From assembly GCA_964035545.1 (NCBI GenBank), contig OZ037770.1, positions 5,156,729 to 5,220,728 on the forward strand: a stretch of DNA of 64,000 nt, given 5' to 3'. Shown in pieces: positions 15,446 to 29,729 of the stretch. The DNA is from Bugula neritina (lineage: Eukaryota > Animalia > Bryozoa). The notes beneath the pieces were generated by a model. That model worked only from the letters and a program-made list of their open reading frames with translations, was not told the origin of the DNA and searched no databases. Both the position numbers and the translations under genes were made by a program. Each line of letters starts with the position of its first letter. Position 1 is the stretch's first letter.

Positions 15446-16484
15446 CCCTTACGCAATCAATGGACCATATATGTCCCTCAAAGCGACACTATACACAGAT
15501 CAATGGACTATATATGGTCTTTTACGAATATAAACAATAGCGCTTACTTTAAATTTCCAGTTTTCAACCGGACAGCCTAAAAGTTTTTGTAATTGATGTT
15601 GATGGTGCAGCTTAATAATTTTTGGGATATTTATAGCTAATAAATTTGATTAAATGAATAGCTACCAAGACAGCTGTTTGCTTTTCAATTTAATCCCTAA
15701 ATTTCAAAATTATCGGTAAATTTTAACGCTACTTTCAAATGCAAGAAACTGCTGTAAAATTATATAGAGCCAGTTTAGTTTATTCTGATTACATTTAGAA
15801 GAACATCTAAATAAACAGAAATGTTAAAGTCACTATATTTTGAATCATATTACGCGTTAATTTTTATCATTTTGAATTTTCAATTTTAAAATGGCGGCTT
15901 TGAGAGGTCAAATTAAAATGACTGACTTTAGCTAGAATTAAGGTCTCCCGTCACTTTAAGAATCTTTTTATGATAGAAAATACTCTTAAAATTATATTAC
16001 CCAGCTTATTTAAGGCCAAAATCAAGTGTAACTTTTTAATAATGAAATTGAAAGTTATGCAAGATTTATTAGCAATTTTTGCAGTATACTCTAAGCCTAG
16101 GGTCACACTGTGCGTATTTTCGCATGCGAAAATTGAAATCACAAGTAGCAAAGCTGTCCACTGTACGCGTTGAGAAAACATTTGCACTTGTCGCTCAGCA
16201 TTCTCAACGCAAGTGCGAATCGTCTCTGTCGTCGTCACCTAATTGGCTGGTAGTTATTCAGCGAGCCCAATTTCTTTATTTTAATGCTACATTCCAGTAA
16301 AATGCGTTTTATTGAAAGCGAGTGCGATTTGAAAATGAAAGCTTTATTTATCGCGCATCACTGACGCTACAGTGGACATCTTTGCTACTTGTGATTTCAA
16401 TTTTCGCATGCGAAAATACGCACCATGTGGCCCTTGGCTAACGAAGCATAAAATTACGTAACTTCAAAGTTGATCGCTAAAGGG
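15446..16484. mobile_element. Non-autonomous piggyBac-like element
   Basis: TTAA|CCCTTACGCAATCAA ... TTGATCGCTAAAGGG|TCAA: imperfect 15-bp TIR with CCC/GGG ends and a TTAA-type TSD. Confidence 0.6.
16095..16438. mobile_element. PIF/Harbinger-type MITE nested in the piggyBac-like element
   Basis: ~60-bp TIRs (GCCTAGGGTCACACTGTGCGTATTTTCGCATGCGAAAATTGAAATCACAAGTAGCAAAG and near reverse complement); TAA on both flanks. Confidence 0.7.
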
Positions 16485-16639
16485 TCAACAGTTATTACCG
16501 TACTTAGGCATTAACAAGCTAGCTTACTTACCTATAATTACAGCATTAAAAACGATACGCAACAGTATTTATAATACTGATGCACGCAGTTATTTCAGGA
16601 CAATAGAGGATGAGAATCCATTACACATATCATTGTCAT

Positions 16640-17570
16640 TGCAACTGAACACATTCTTGTACTGACGGGTTATTGAGCAACTACCAGACGCTCCCTGTTG
16701 CTCTCACAGCCATCACAGGTCTTCCCGTACAAGCTTACCAGGTGCCCAGAGACCGGCTTCCTGCTGTTTGTAGTGAGTACTTCATAGGCTTCCTCCCCTG
16801 ACTTCATGGTCAGCCCTACATCTTCCTCCTGCATGGAGAAGACTATCTCCACTAACGAACTAGCCAACAACTCTACATGCTCCCTGAAAGCGTTAACACG
16901 CTGTACCAGGAACTCACCATGCTTGTCCAATCGATCCAGACTGTTTGCAAGCCCAACACCTTCAAGTGCTTTTTCAGCTGCTCCCAAGTCAGAAACTTTT
17001 TTACAGTTTACACTGCGTGCGATCTGTAGCCTAGAAATGCCCAGGCTCGCCACAGTGTCACACCACATGCTCTTCTTCTACCAAAGGCCTGCCAAACTTC
17101 TAATTTTTAACACAAGCAAGCTTGCGCCCAGCCAACATTACCGCAGACTTGTTAAAGTCGATGTGGTACTTGTATCTTTTTAAGAATGGCACCCCACATC
17201 AGCTCACATATGCCATAGAATGGAATATACGGTCTGTCTGCCAATGTATTGTGCTTCTCTTCATATGGTTCCAGGTTGGCCCATCTCATGCACTTGGCTT
17301 GTCAAAGAGACATCTACTCGCCCAACCCACATCAAGAGAATCTATAAAGAGACTACTGTTTCAAGTTTACACAACACCTTCACTTGATCAACAGCAGGCC
17401 GGAGCTGCCACTACCACAATCGTCGCCAAACTAACTGTCACCCAGAACGTTAGGGCACCTCTCTGCCTTATTCTGCCACCTCTAATAATGCACAAGGAAG
17501 ATACAAAGCCTGATCCGCCGAATCCGATGACTGGAACAGCCGGCTGGGAACTACCAACGTTTGTCACCCC
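16640..17570 (-). mobile_element. Older degenerate Gypsy fragment (protease-to-RT linker), related to the 10-15 kb element
   Basis: Minus-strand GVPFLKRYKYHIDFNKSAVMLAGRKLACV..KFGRPLV aligns by eye to GMPFLEKHQCHMDFQKSVVVMAGKELVCVDKFGRLLV (ORF 12557-13504). Confidence 0.7.
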
Positions 17571-20500
17571 GGATTATATATATCTCTATGTTATTGTTAC
17601 TCATGTGTTTTATTTAGCACTGCCTAACTAATCATAATGTACTGTTCTGATTACTTTCATATTTTTTTCTCTTCTTTCTGTTTTATCTTGTAAGACGCTT
17701 TTTTTTGTGGGAAATCGAATTGTTTTCATTTTAATGAAAGAGGAGATGCTTTTCGAAGGGGGGAGAATGTAATGGATACTAATTAGTTTCCTCACTTGTT
17801 TTTAAAGTTCTAGTATGTATTTCCGTCATTATTATAATTGACTTGGCTCAACATTTAGAATGCTTTAAAATGTTGTAATTATAGCTAAGCTCTTGGCATA
17901 TCATTCTAATTCCTAAAGTATTCTAGTTATAGCTAAGCTATTAACGTAGTGAATAGCATAACGATTTGAGAATTGCTCTTCCTATTTTTGTTTCTTCGTA
18001 GTATAGGTACTTTATGTGAGCTGATTTTTGGCTAAAGTTGGGCGGTTAAAGAGGTCAGGAAGCACAATTTGATCACTTGTTTGAATTTCGGGCAATCTCG
18101 GCACCGGAACTCCGACATCCGTTCGAACTTCGGCTGACAATCCGACCATCTTTCGAAAATTGATTTTTGCTAGTATATAATAGAACAAGCACACTGTGTT
18201 ATCCAGTCTAATACCAAAGCTTGCCCAAGACGCATCCAAGGGAACAATAAATAGACTAATATTTCAAGTTAACACAACACTTTTATTTGATCAACAGTAA
18301 TAGGCTACGCAGATTGCTACATCTATTTCATAAACCACCCAAAATTACTACAATACTAATAGTAATATACAAATAAAATAAGACTCTGAATATCAGTATC
18401 AATGTGAATATGATTGTTTATGATATTGTGGTGTAATATTTGTGTTAGTATGTATTGTAGTAATATTTATTGATAGTGATAATAATTATTATTAACGATT
18501 ACTGTGCTAATTCTTAGTTTTATTGTTTTTAATTATTAAGCTTAATGACTATGCTGCTTATTATATTTTATCTACACAAATGCAGTACCCGCGGCAACAT
18601 CCATAGGCAATTTTATTTAATCGTTATGGTTAGATTATACCATGATATTTTAAATTAATTTGATATCATTTTGGCAATAACCAAATTCGTAAACAAGGCC
18701 ACATGTTGATAGTGTAATTGTCGATTGTTTCTTAAACTTTCAACTGGTTCTTCTTACAGTGTTTCTTCAACGTTTTTACTCTAATATATGTCAGAAAGTT
18801 TGCCATTTGTATCTGCATGTAAAATTGCATAGCTTTTAACATAATTTAAATGGTTTTATAATCTGTTAGTGCATTAGTGAGCTCTTGTACTTGGTTTTCA
18901 CAGATTGTGTTATTTTATACACACTCTAAAATGAATCGGATTGTATTGCGGTCATTAAATAAATCAAACTGTTTAAGTATAATTATACAGCTATAGAAGT
19001 TTCATCACTGCTTCTTAGGTTGGTTTCAGTTATTATACTTTGTTAGAGTTTGTTGTGTAGCATTCCTAGTTGGTTCAAGTTATGTTTAGGTATTTTATTA
19101 TAGCTACTTTGCCTGTCTCAATACGTTATAGTATGTTATTGTTTAACATCTATTTGTTTAGGAAGGGTAGTATTTGAAGAAATCTGTGTGAAAAAGCAAA
19201 CTAAATTATCTCAAGGTGTGTTCTCAGCGTCATGAGTGTTTTGTATGTTTGCTGAAGTTAAGTTTTGAGGCTATTGTTATAGTCGGAGTTTAAGTTGTTT
19301 TCATGTAAAGGTTTTCATTACTTTTCTATTTGTAATATTTCTATATAATTTATTTTAGTGATCTCCTAATCTTTAGTATAAGTTGATTTAATGAATACCA
19401 TACATTAGTATTTCCAGTTCATCTGCATTGAGATGCACAGCTTCTTTAGGATTTTCTGTTTCAAACATATAATTTATTGCACAGCCAACAAAATAGTTTT
19501 ATATTACTGAGAATGGTGGATACATTTTTTGCAATAGGAAATATGTAAAATATGTGTTTAACAAACCACCTAATCAAAGTGTATGTGTCGACCCAATAAG
19601 ATATTTGATTTATGGATGTTGTAATTGCATAATCCAAATAATAGGTGAGCTATTGGTCAGCTATATGACTATGGCTCTACATGGTCTAGGGGTTAGAGCT
19701 TAGAGGGTTTGCCTAGTTAGCAGAAAGTGATGGGCTCCCCCCCCCCCCCCCTGGACAAAAGCCATTGGTGATGTTAGGAAGGTTTCATCCTACTTAAATG
19801 ATTCTTTTTATTTTGTCAAGATATATATAGTAATATACAAATATAACTGTTGCATTTACTGCTAAACATGAAATAAGCTACCAAGCTAGCTATATGCTTT
19901 AACTTATTACTAATTTAGCTACAGTTTATTTTATTCGGAATAACAATAAAATGCACAAATGCATTTCATGGTATATCACATACTGCTATATTACAACTCT
20001 TTCTTATTATATTTTGTCTATCTTTTACCTTCAAGTTTAAGGTTTGTGCAAGATGGCTTCTTATAGAAGCATTGTTACTGTAGGTGGCTTGCTGGTGGCT
20101 TTTTTGCTTTCTGTTATGTGCTAAATATTAATACATATATTACACTAAAATCTATAAATATTGTTTAAGTGGAATGACATCGTTAAGAAAAAAATTCAGT
20201 CATAATTGCTCCTGTGCCCCATCTGAATAATCCCTTAGCCATATTTAACAAAAACCCTTTCATCAAGGTTTTCTCATATGGATGGTGACTATATACCCTT
20301 GTGTGAGCTTTTTTTATATGACTATGACTCTGCTATAGTCATATAGTAATATGCTATATTACTTGGCTCACACATTACTTGTTTCACTGCTTTTGTGTTA
20401 ATGTTTTGCTTCTTTCAGAGGTAATCCTGTTATTGTTTTAGATGACTGTATGTGTTTGGATGTGAAATAAGATGTCAAATCTGCTGGTTCAGCCTCCAAC

Positions 20501-21848
20501 TGGTGGATCTCTGGGTACGTGTATTTAAACTATTTAGTCAACTTCTGACTTGGCTGATTGTCACTGTGAATATAGTAAGCACCAATATTCTACCTTACAC
20601 TAATATTCTACCTTACACTAATAGTCTACCTTACACTGGTTCAGGTGACTAGAAAACACAGGTATTCCGGTAGTTGTGTAGGTATCTTTACCTCACTGTC
20701 TCACTGTCCTCACTCTAAACCCTCTTCTAGTAATCGCCTCTTTTTAGCATTATATATGTATATTGAAAGTAGAAATAGTAAAACTATAGCCAAGTCTCTT
20801 ATCAGTCATACAAATTAGGAGATAATACCAAGTGTCACTGTGTATGTAACCTATTTTATTAAATGATGCAATTAGGTATAGCAGTGCATAGGTATGCTGA
20901 AAAGTATCATCTTTCATCATCAGTATGAGTGAATATCTCAAATTCCACGCTATTGGTTCTCTACAATTGTTCTTCTACAACAGAGTTTCTATAAATAGCT
21001 AATCCATGCTTGGTCTCATTACACACAAGTTGCTATGCTAGCTTGACTAAACAGAAATCACTACTTATATATTATGAAACAATTAAGAGTGTAGCTATAA
21101 GTTGTATGTTTTATTGAGTTTAAATAAATACAAAACACACATTTTGAAAAAGGTGAACATAAGCTACTAGGCCACATATTTCAATAACACTGCATCTAGT
21201 AGAGGTCTGTAACCTTATAGAGTTATTCATGGGATTTCAACTAATTTCACTAATTTCCTACATCTCTTCAGAAAACATGGCTCTGTGTTTATAATCATGT
21301 GACAATATTAGGTTCATTTATAAGAGTCTGTATTGCTGGGCGCTGGTTATTTGATATAGCTGTGACTGGAGGTGTAGAGCACTGTGTAATACCTCTCAGA
21401 TTCATATTGCGCTGTTGTATTATTATAACTATTTAGTTTGTGTGTATTACTACTACTATTGAATGTTGGTACAATGTTGCATTTATCTAACATTGCGTAA
21501 ACTGCTATATGTGGTGGGAACATTCCAAGATGTCCTTGGAGATCAGTGCTTCTTTAACATGACTTCTCATACTCCACAAACTGTGTCAAGTCAAATAAAA
21601 ATCTATCACCATCTGCTTGAGTCACATCTTATTAACTTTAAAGTGTTTGAAGGAAAGGAATATGAGCGATGATTATATATTTATATAAAATAAGATTTAT
21701 AAGTATTTCAAAACCCATGAATCAGATTTGTTGACCTGATACTTTTTTCAACCTTTTTTGAGAAAATTTATGTACTTCAACAGTACTGAAAATATGCAGG
21801 TAACCATATTTTCCTACTTTATATAATATTATATTATATGTTTCAGAT

Positions 21849-21922
21849 AGAGCTGCTACACGTTAGCGGATACTTATTACCAAGAAAGACAATCTACCAT
21901 TTTGTAACCATGGCAACTGGTG
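21849..21922 (+). other. Possible first coding exon (MATG...) of an unidentified host gene
   Basis: TTTCAG acceptor, ACCATGG Kozak context at 21910 and GTGAGT donor at 21923; no downstream exons identified. Confidence 0.3.
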
Positions 21923-24036
21923 GTGAGTGAATTTAACAATATGCAGTTAAAGTTATGCCAACACCAAATAATATATATCTATAGATATATTTTCTTATCA
22001 CTACGTCTTATAGTGGTGTTTTATGTTACCAATTATCGTAGGACTTTGAAAATAGTACAATATTGGATAAAATTATGCAAGCAGTTGGGGTAAAGTTGTC
22101 TTATCTCAACACACTAAACACTGAACTATAAACTATATACATAAAGTGATTATTTAGAAAGAATGTAAAGCTATCCAATAAAATATATGTTAGTTATGGT
22201 TATGATTAAGGAAATCCATCATATAATTATTATATTCAATCAGTAGATGACAGGTGTCAGAGTATAGACATCACATGCTAGCACTGTGTAATAACCAGTA
22301 TATCTATTATCCTATACCACTATAAAAGTCGTAGAGAACTTCGGGTCAATCAGTGGTAATGGGATTTGTATTACATTATATAGATTTCGTCAACGATCCT
22401 AGCCTAATGAGGCGCAATTGAAATAAGTAATTGATTGGCTGGAGGTACAACCAGTTCAACTTCATTGGTTAGGCAACGATCGTAACAACTAAAACAAGTG
22501 GTGGATACAGTTAGGGTTGACATTAAAACACGGCAATTTCTAGCAGTAATTTGCATTCTAAATCAATTTTTTCATGCAAAAGGTTTTAGAAGCTAAGAGT
22601 TATGAGAAAGAATAATATAATGTAATAATTTTGATTGAAAAGTTTTAACAAATGCAGGTCTGAATTTTTATTTAAATCCGCTCCTTTTAGACTTTGTTCT
22701 GAACAAAGGATATTAAATACTGTAGCTATTAGATAAGAATTTAGTCTTGTAAGTATTTTGAAAGCATAATTGTCTTCTCACTCAATTTCAGCTCATATTA
22801 TAAATTTATCAATCTTCATTATAAAGACATAATTGTCTTCTCATTAAATAATAGTCTATTACAACTTTATTGCTACCATAATATAATATCATTTTGTAAA
22901 ATGTTTTTATTTTCATAGCATTTTTTGCTTAGTATTATAAAATTTTATGCTGCATTGTATATAGCCTACGTATGCATATAATGAGCTGCATGTAGTAGAC
23001 GAAAAGAAATATCGCAATTATATAAAAGATGTAGAAATTATTTGTAGAATATAAACAAATGCAAAATAATTTAACAAACATATAACTTTACGAACCTCAG
23101 CATTTAAATTTAGTTTGCGGCAAGAATAATTTTTTGCTTGTAAAAAATTAAGTAAAAGATACCAACAATTTTGTTTCTTGTTTTTAATGTTATATTTGTT
23201 AACATTGTAGATGTGCCTGTATTACACTATATTGAGTTCTGATTATTTTGGTTTAACATTGTAAATAACATATTGTGCAGTATATACAAAATGAGCACAT
23301 ATATAAAACATATACTCATAGTGAAAGTATAAGTTCTAATTTTTTTTGCAAATTCATGCATATACTATTTGAAATATATGCATACAACTTGGTGTTTCTG
23401 ATTTGTACATGAACAATTTTATTGCTAAATGCTAAGTAATTATTTAAATTTTTCTACAACAAATTCGTCGACATGTTTTATATACCATCTTTTAGCAAAC
23501 ACTTGCAACACTCCTATGCAATTACATATAACTGTAGCTATAGTAAGCTGTTCATAAAATAGCAACTATTATGAGTGCTGCATTTTTACACACACACTCA
23601 CACACGCACACACACATGAAGAAAAGCAAGCATATAGTTTACTGTCATGAGTTACTTGCAAAAATAAGTTGAAATATATGTTGAAGACTTCATACATTAA
23701 TACAAATGGTATACTCTCAGACAGAGGAGCGACATAGTGCACATGCTCTTAGGAGTTGCATTATCACCTTCTTTCTTGGTGTCATCAAAAATATGGCATT
23801 GAAAGAAGACAATCACTGCTTTGTGGTTTACATATTTGTATTCCTTTTAAAACGTAGTTAAAAAATATATATACATATTTTCTAACTTGAAAAAATGCTC
23901 TATGTAGCTGCTTATATTTTAAAAGAAATTTTAGGTAGCAAAAGTAAGGAATTTTTGACATATTTACTGCAGGGGTGTGATAAACAAATGGACATAACAT
24001 GCTTGTTTTAAAGCTAAAATATGATGTAACAGAATT

Positions 24037-24232
<196 letters not shown>

Positions 24233-24464
24233 TATATACATAATGAATGTCATTTCACTATATAACAAGAAGAAATAGGCTGCTATTTTTACACTTCTGT
24301 GCAGTAATTTAAAAGCTTTGATAGCTTAACCTTCTTCATCTGGATAACAAATTTTAGCGTGGGGTGTGGGTTAATAAAAATGTAATCACAAGAACATGTA
24401 CATAACTTAATTTCTCCATTATTGCACCAACTATCAATATTTACTTAATAACTAAACCCTATAT

Positions 24465-24960
24465 TTAGCCCAGTGTTCAGTATCTAACTAATATGTATGT
24501 ACTATATACACTGTCCACCTGTTGAGTGTTATTTAAAAAGTGAAAGAAATTCTACAACTATAGTCATATTTGACCCATCACTATTATTACACATATCAAT
24601 GTGTAAAATTAGTAAAAATAATTTAGTGGAAGTATTTGACAAGAATGCAAGATTGCAAAAAATTTAGCCCACTCCGAGGATTGAACCCCTACCCAATGGG
24701 TGCAAAGGAGACGCTGTTTACCACGAAGCCAATGCATCATCTTAGGACGAGTGCCAATACATAAGGGATTATACTATAATGATATAAACAACAGCTAGAA
24801 AAATGAGTGGGTTATATTCCATCAGGGTGTTCACTAGCAGTGGATTGCCATCTTGTTTTAAAATTGGCCTATGACTCTGTTGCTACTTGCAAAGGTATCT
24901 TGATTAAATAAACCAACGGTTAAAAATAAACTGTAGTTTGTATATTATTACTAAGGCACA
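24465..24960 (-). repeat. Interspersed repeat carrying a tRNA-derived Pol III A/B-box segment (24667-24737); related copy at ~50390-50800
   Basis: Both copies begin TTTAGCCCAGTGTTCAGTA and carry GGATTGAACC (minus-strand B box GGTTCAATCC) with an upstream A-box-like TGGC..GTGG. Confidence 0.55.
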
Positions 24961-26736
24961 GCCAGCGGTCAGAGCTATGGTATATAAATATACACTGATG
25001 TACTAGGACCTAGGTAATAGATTGACAAGTCAAATTATCTTTTATAGGTAAACACACTTTGGTTTGAGAAAACATGCATGCAGCCTTAATTTTAGGTTTA
25101 CGTCAGCAAATCATGAAAAGATCTAAACTAATATTAGAGGTAAATTTTAAAAATTAAATTAATTTTACTTATTTTTACAATAACAAATTTTTTGGAGAAA
25201 ATAAGTTGCTTCCTTTTTGTTGCAATGATATTCAACTTGCTTGAGCTATGGCCATCAGTGATGAAATTTGAAACCCTGATTGTTTTGAGATAACTTTGTG
25301 ACTTGTTATACATTTTTGCATATCTTTACCAACATATTACTTGATTCATGATAGTTTTCACATTGCAATTTACGGCATCAGTTGAGACTTGCACTCTGAC
25401 AAAATATTAACAAAGCCAAACATATGGCCACACTACAGTGAAAGCTGGTTGGTTATATTAATTGTGGCTGCACTAGTCATGGTCCTAGCAGTTGGCCTAC
25501 CATGGTATTGCCAGGTGCGAGCAAGCTTACAAGCATTTATATAGCTATAGCTAAACTGATAAGCTTACAAAACATGTTGGCTAACATTATGCAGTTCACA
25601 ATAGGCATATGGAAAACAAAGATGGTCAAAGGGTAATGATATTGTGGTTGACATAATATGTTAACTATAAATAGTTCACGAATGCAGTTCCATTAGGCCT
25701 ACTGGATTACCACTTATTTGCACTAACAGAATGTGTTACAAACGGGCCAGCAGGCAACTAAACCGTGTAATGCACAACTTTTGACGTTATGCTATGTCAT
25801 TATGCTCTGAAGTACGTTCTGTCATGGCTGAAAGTCACACTACTCTACACTTGCAGTAGCAATTCGTTTACTACTTCCATCACCAACACTTGCATTTTTA
25901 TAGGGGCCAAATTCCTGTACCAAATGGTGTGCTATTCTTTCAAAACAGAGTACTATAAATATTATTTTGCTCATAGATTTTAGCAGACAAAGAATTTATA
26001 CTAAAGACTACCCTATAGAAATTCTATTTAAGAAAAAACTTCAATCCTAAAATACTACCTATTGACTTATACAGCTGAACAGAAAAAGAAGTAACCGCAG
26101 TTCGAGTATTTAGCATATCTGAGCCACAATTCAAAAATAAATAGAAGCATAGCACATGTGCATAGTTAATATCATATTATAATAGTTCATATAGTTTGTT
26201 TGCCTTTGACAGCATATTGAATATTTCTCTACTTGGCTGTAGGTAAGCCCTGCAGTTTTTGTTTTTATCTTAATTTACAATGAAAGAATAAACTTGAAAA
26301 ATGCAACCAAAAACTTATTATTGAAAAAAGGCTTTTAACTACTCTGCTAACTATGGCTTTTAATTGTCAATAAATGACCCTTTTCATCTAACTATTGCAT
26401 GGTGCTGAGACGACTGATAATTATGTGTAAAAATGTGTGCAGGTGGGATTAATTAGCTGAGAAACTTTATTAACCTAAGCTCTTAAACTACAAGAGCGTT
26501 GATTAGGGGTGCATGGTAAAACGAAAGTTATTTCACTGCTTTTCCTCTATAAAACTGAAGCCTTTCCAAATATATTTTTTATTGCACCAGCTGGTACAAT
26601 CTAAAAATAAAATAAAGCTGAACAATCAAATTAAAAGAATAGGCGTTTTATATCTTAACTTGTTGAAATGGTGCAGTAAAATTTGTTTGTTGCCTTTTAG
26701 GTAAATATTCACCAGGGCTGACATTGACTTCTTTAT

Positions 26737-26890
26737 CACCGCGTTTCCATGACTTCGCATAATGCGAATGAATTCTGTACGGATTATTTGCGGTTTGCAT
26801 TAACTTATAGTTGCGTTTCATCGGATGTAACTGTTCCCATTAGCCGAATGAAAAAATCCATTCGCATAATGCGATAATGGAAACGCAGTG
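26737..26890. mobile_element. Small palindromic MITE (Harbinger-like)
   Basis: TIRs CACCGCGTTTCCAT...TCGCATAATGCGAATG / CATTCGCATAATGCGA..ATGGAAACGCAGTG. Confidence 0.6.
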
Positions 26891-27886
26891 TACTTCGCTT
26901 CTATGACTGAGCATTGTGTGAATTTGTAGTTGCAGTAACTCATCAGTTGTGGTTTCCTTCGTTATGTAATTAGTTCCATGAGGTGATGAGAAATCCATTT
27001 CGGAATGAGAATGATGAATTGCAGTGCATGTAGGCTGCAGCTTCCAATTTTCTTAAATCAACCATTAGGCTATGTGTACAAAAAAAGGCAAAATACTTTG
27101 CTGTGGCCAACAGTCTGAAAAATACCAGCTAGCACTGAATAAAGCACAATAAGTATAGCTTATTTGCAATGCAATGTTGAGTTTTAGAAAGGTCTCAAGT
27201 TAGTGTTATTTCCTCACCACTCATGTGGAAAATTAACCAATACTCCCTATTGCTAAGATTTTGTGCTATGCATCTAATTATTAAGGTGTGAGTTTTTAGA
27301 ACCAATACTAGAATATAACTCCTTGCGATTATGTGGGAGAGAGATGACATATTTGTTGTCAGTCAATATATATTGTAGGCTTGCCTATTACAGAGCTCAA
27401 GCCTAGCTCTTTACAATAAAAAGTACAAAGGTATGAAAGAACAATAGTATGACAACAGAACCATGCGGTATCGTAACAATCAGGATGCAAATCATCTTGA
27501 TTATATAGCTAGATGCTTTTCTTCTCTAACGTAGATGTTCTTGTCAATAGTGAAGCTGCACTTAAACTCAAATGGCCACTTTCTTTTAGACCTGTAAAAG
27601 CAAAATATATTTCAACAGTCAAACTAAATAAGTTGAGGCGATGGTTTCATTGAAGTGACACATAGCAACAGAGTATGCAAAACAGGGGTAGAAAAAGAAA
27701 TAGGGTAAGGCTCCATCAAGAAGACTCCAACAAAATTGAAAATGCTGATATAAAATGTGCATTTGACTGACAATGTCTTTTGGCAATAAATTATGACTGC
27801 AGACAGCCCCTAGTTCTTAGTACCTAGAGGATCAATTAGGTTTCATGGAGATGAGTTGTGCTACATAAGCAATGAGGGTAACTAGT

Positions 27887-28363
27887 CAATATTCTGAATG
27901 CCCATTGCTCCGAAGGTCCATTAGTCCGAAAATTAGTACACACAGGCATCCTCAATGAGAATATCATTAATTTCACTCACAATTCAGTTTAAGTTCTAGC
28001 TATGTTATTGCTCTGTGGGTGGCATGTGTGTTGCCTACTTGCTACATCATCTATCAACATGATTATGCGTACGGTACATTATTAATTACAGGCTTGCGAG
28101 GTGACAGGCTAATGAATAGCTTGGTGTGTACTTTGTTTATGGAGCAGCCATAATGGAATGTTGATACAGCCCTTATTGATCATAGTGTAATCTCAGGCTA
28201 AACAATCACAAATAGGCAAACAGCATGCCACCCACAGATCAATAATATAGCAAGAACTTAAACTGAATTGTGAGTGATATTAATGATATTCTCAGTGAGG
28301 ATGCCTGTGTGTACTAATTTTCGGACTAATGGACCTTCGGAGCAATGGGCCTTCGGAATATTG
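27887..28363. mobile_element. Fold-back composite MITE with ~170-bp inverted arms
   Basis: Outer 54-bp arms (CCATTGCTCCGAAGGTCCATTAGTCCGAAAATTAGTACA) enclose 27941-28309, which has two inverted copies of a sequence like the left end of the 756-bp element (CACAGGCATCCTCA...). Confidence 0.75.
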
Positions 28364-29729
28364 CTTCGTCCCCAGAAATGAAGGGATCTGAGACAGGGCG
28401 GCAGTAAATGCAGTAACTATATTTGTGGGAAAGAGAAGGCTGGAATAATATGGGCACCTATGCAGCAGAGAACAATAAAACAAGAAGGGAATCAGCTACA
28501 TCAGTGTGAAACTCCAGAGAAAGAGAGCAAGACCAAAACATTTAAACATGGGGGTTAAAAATCAAAAGAGATCATAGATTAGTGCAGAACACTGCGACCT
28601 AAAAGAATACAGTGAAGAATAGGAGGATGGCAAAATTAAGTAAAACAATGAGTATGAGAGTGACACCACTTGTGAAGCCGAAGTTCTATTTCTTTTAATT
28701 AATTGGTGAAAAAATATAATAGCAACTTTTATGACAGTCTTGTAGATTGGCTGTGTGATGAGGTGACTTGAATACAGCAGCCATGAGTAAAACCTGGCTG
28801 CAAATTAAAGCAGAAGGTGAACATTTTATGTATAATATAAGAGATATATTCAAAAATTGAAATTACCATAAAAACTGTAGTCCTTGTCTGATAGTCAAAA
28901 TAAATTGGCTGCCATCCATAATTTCATCATTCATAATTTCATCTTGATTACACTGCAAAACAAAATGAAGTATTTTGTTGATCACATGTATGAGTTTGAA
29001 ATGAACTATGGTAACAAATATTAACATAATATTTCCTTGCATTTAGTGCATTTTTTAGTTTGAATACTAGTCTGAATACTTCACATTGCAGTTTAATTTT
29101 CTAAACCAAACATACATTGATGAGCCTGAACTGAACAAGTGTTAGGTCAGCTTGACTAAAATATAACCATAAATACCATCAATATAAATTAGGGGTTTGT
29201 TGATTAAAATATAGTAAAGTAACAGAGTAAAATTAAAACAACCCTGAACAATAGCGTAGTAAAAGTGTACATTCAGGACTCCACACTTAAGGAGTATAGG
29301 AGGATGACAAAAATCAAGTTCAACCATATGAAAAACTAGGAAACATACTGACATCATGTCCAAATATTCTTCCAACTGTCAAACATTTTAAACACTTAAG
29401 AAGAAAAATACCTCAAAATTGTGTGCATTATTTTTAGGTCTTCAAAGTTAATGCTTGTTCATGAAGATAAAGAAAAAAAACTGAGAAACTGATTATTCAT
29501 GTAAAAGTAAATGTAATAATTTGACTATGTTCTGTAGTAAAAAAATTATGATGACTTCTTTTTCTAATATGTGTAAAGAGATAATATACTAGGTAAGCAA
29601 TGCAGGGCTTTTTAATCTTTTAAATTTGTGCTCAAAGTATATTATATTACCACTAAGCCTTAAGATATGCAATTTATTTTTAGATCATCTGTTATCATAA
29701 TAGACTTTTAATTTTGTACAAATGATTTA

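Noticed and set aside
20579-20637. Three 18-bp tandem repeats (ACTAATATTCTACCTTAC)
   Set aside because: Ordinary minisatellite with no supporting context.
24667-24737. tRNA gene
   Set aside because: A and B boxes are present but no convincing acceptor or anticodon stems; it is part of an interspersed repeat.
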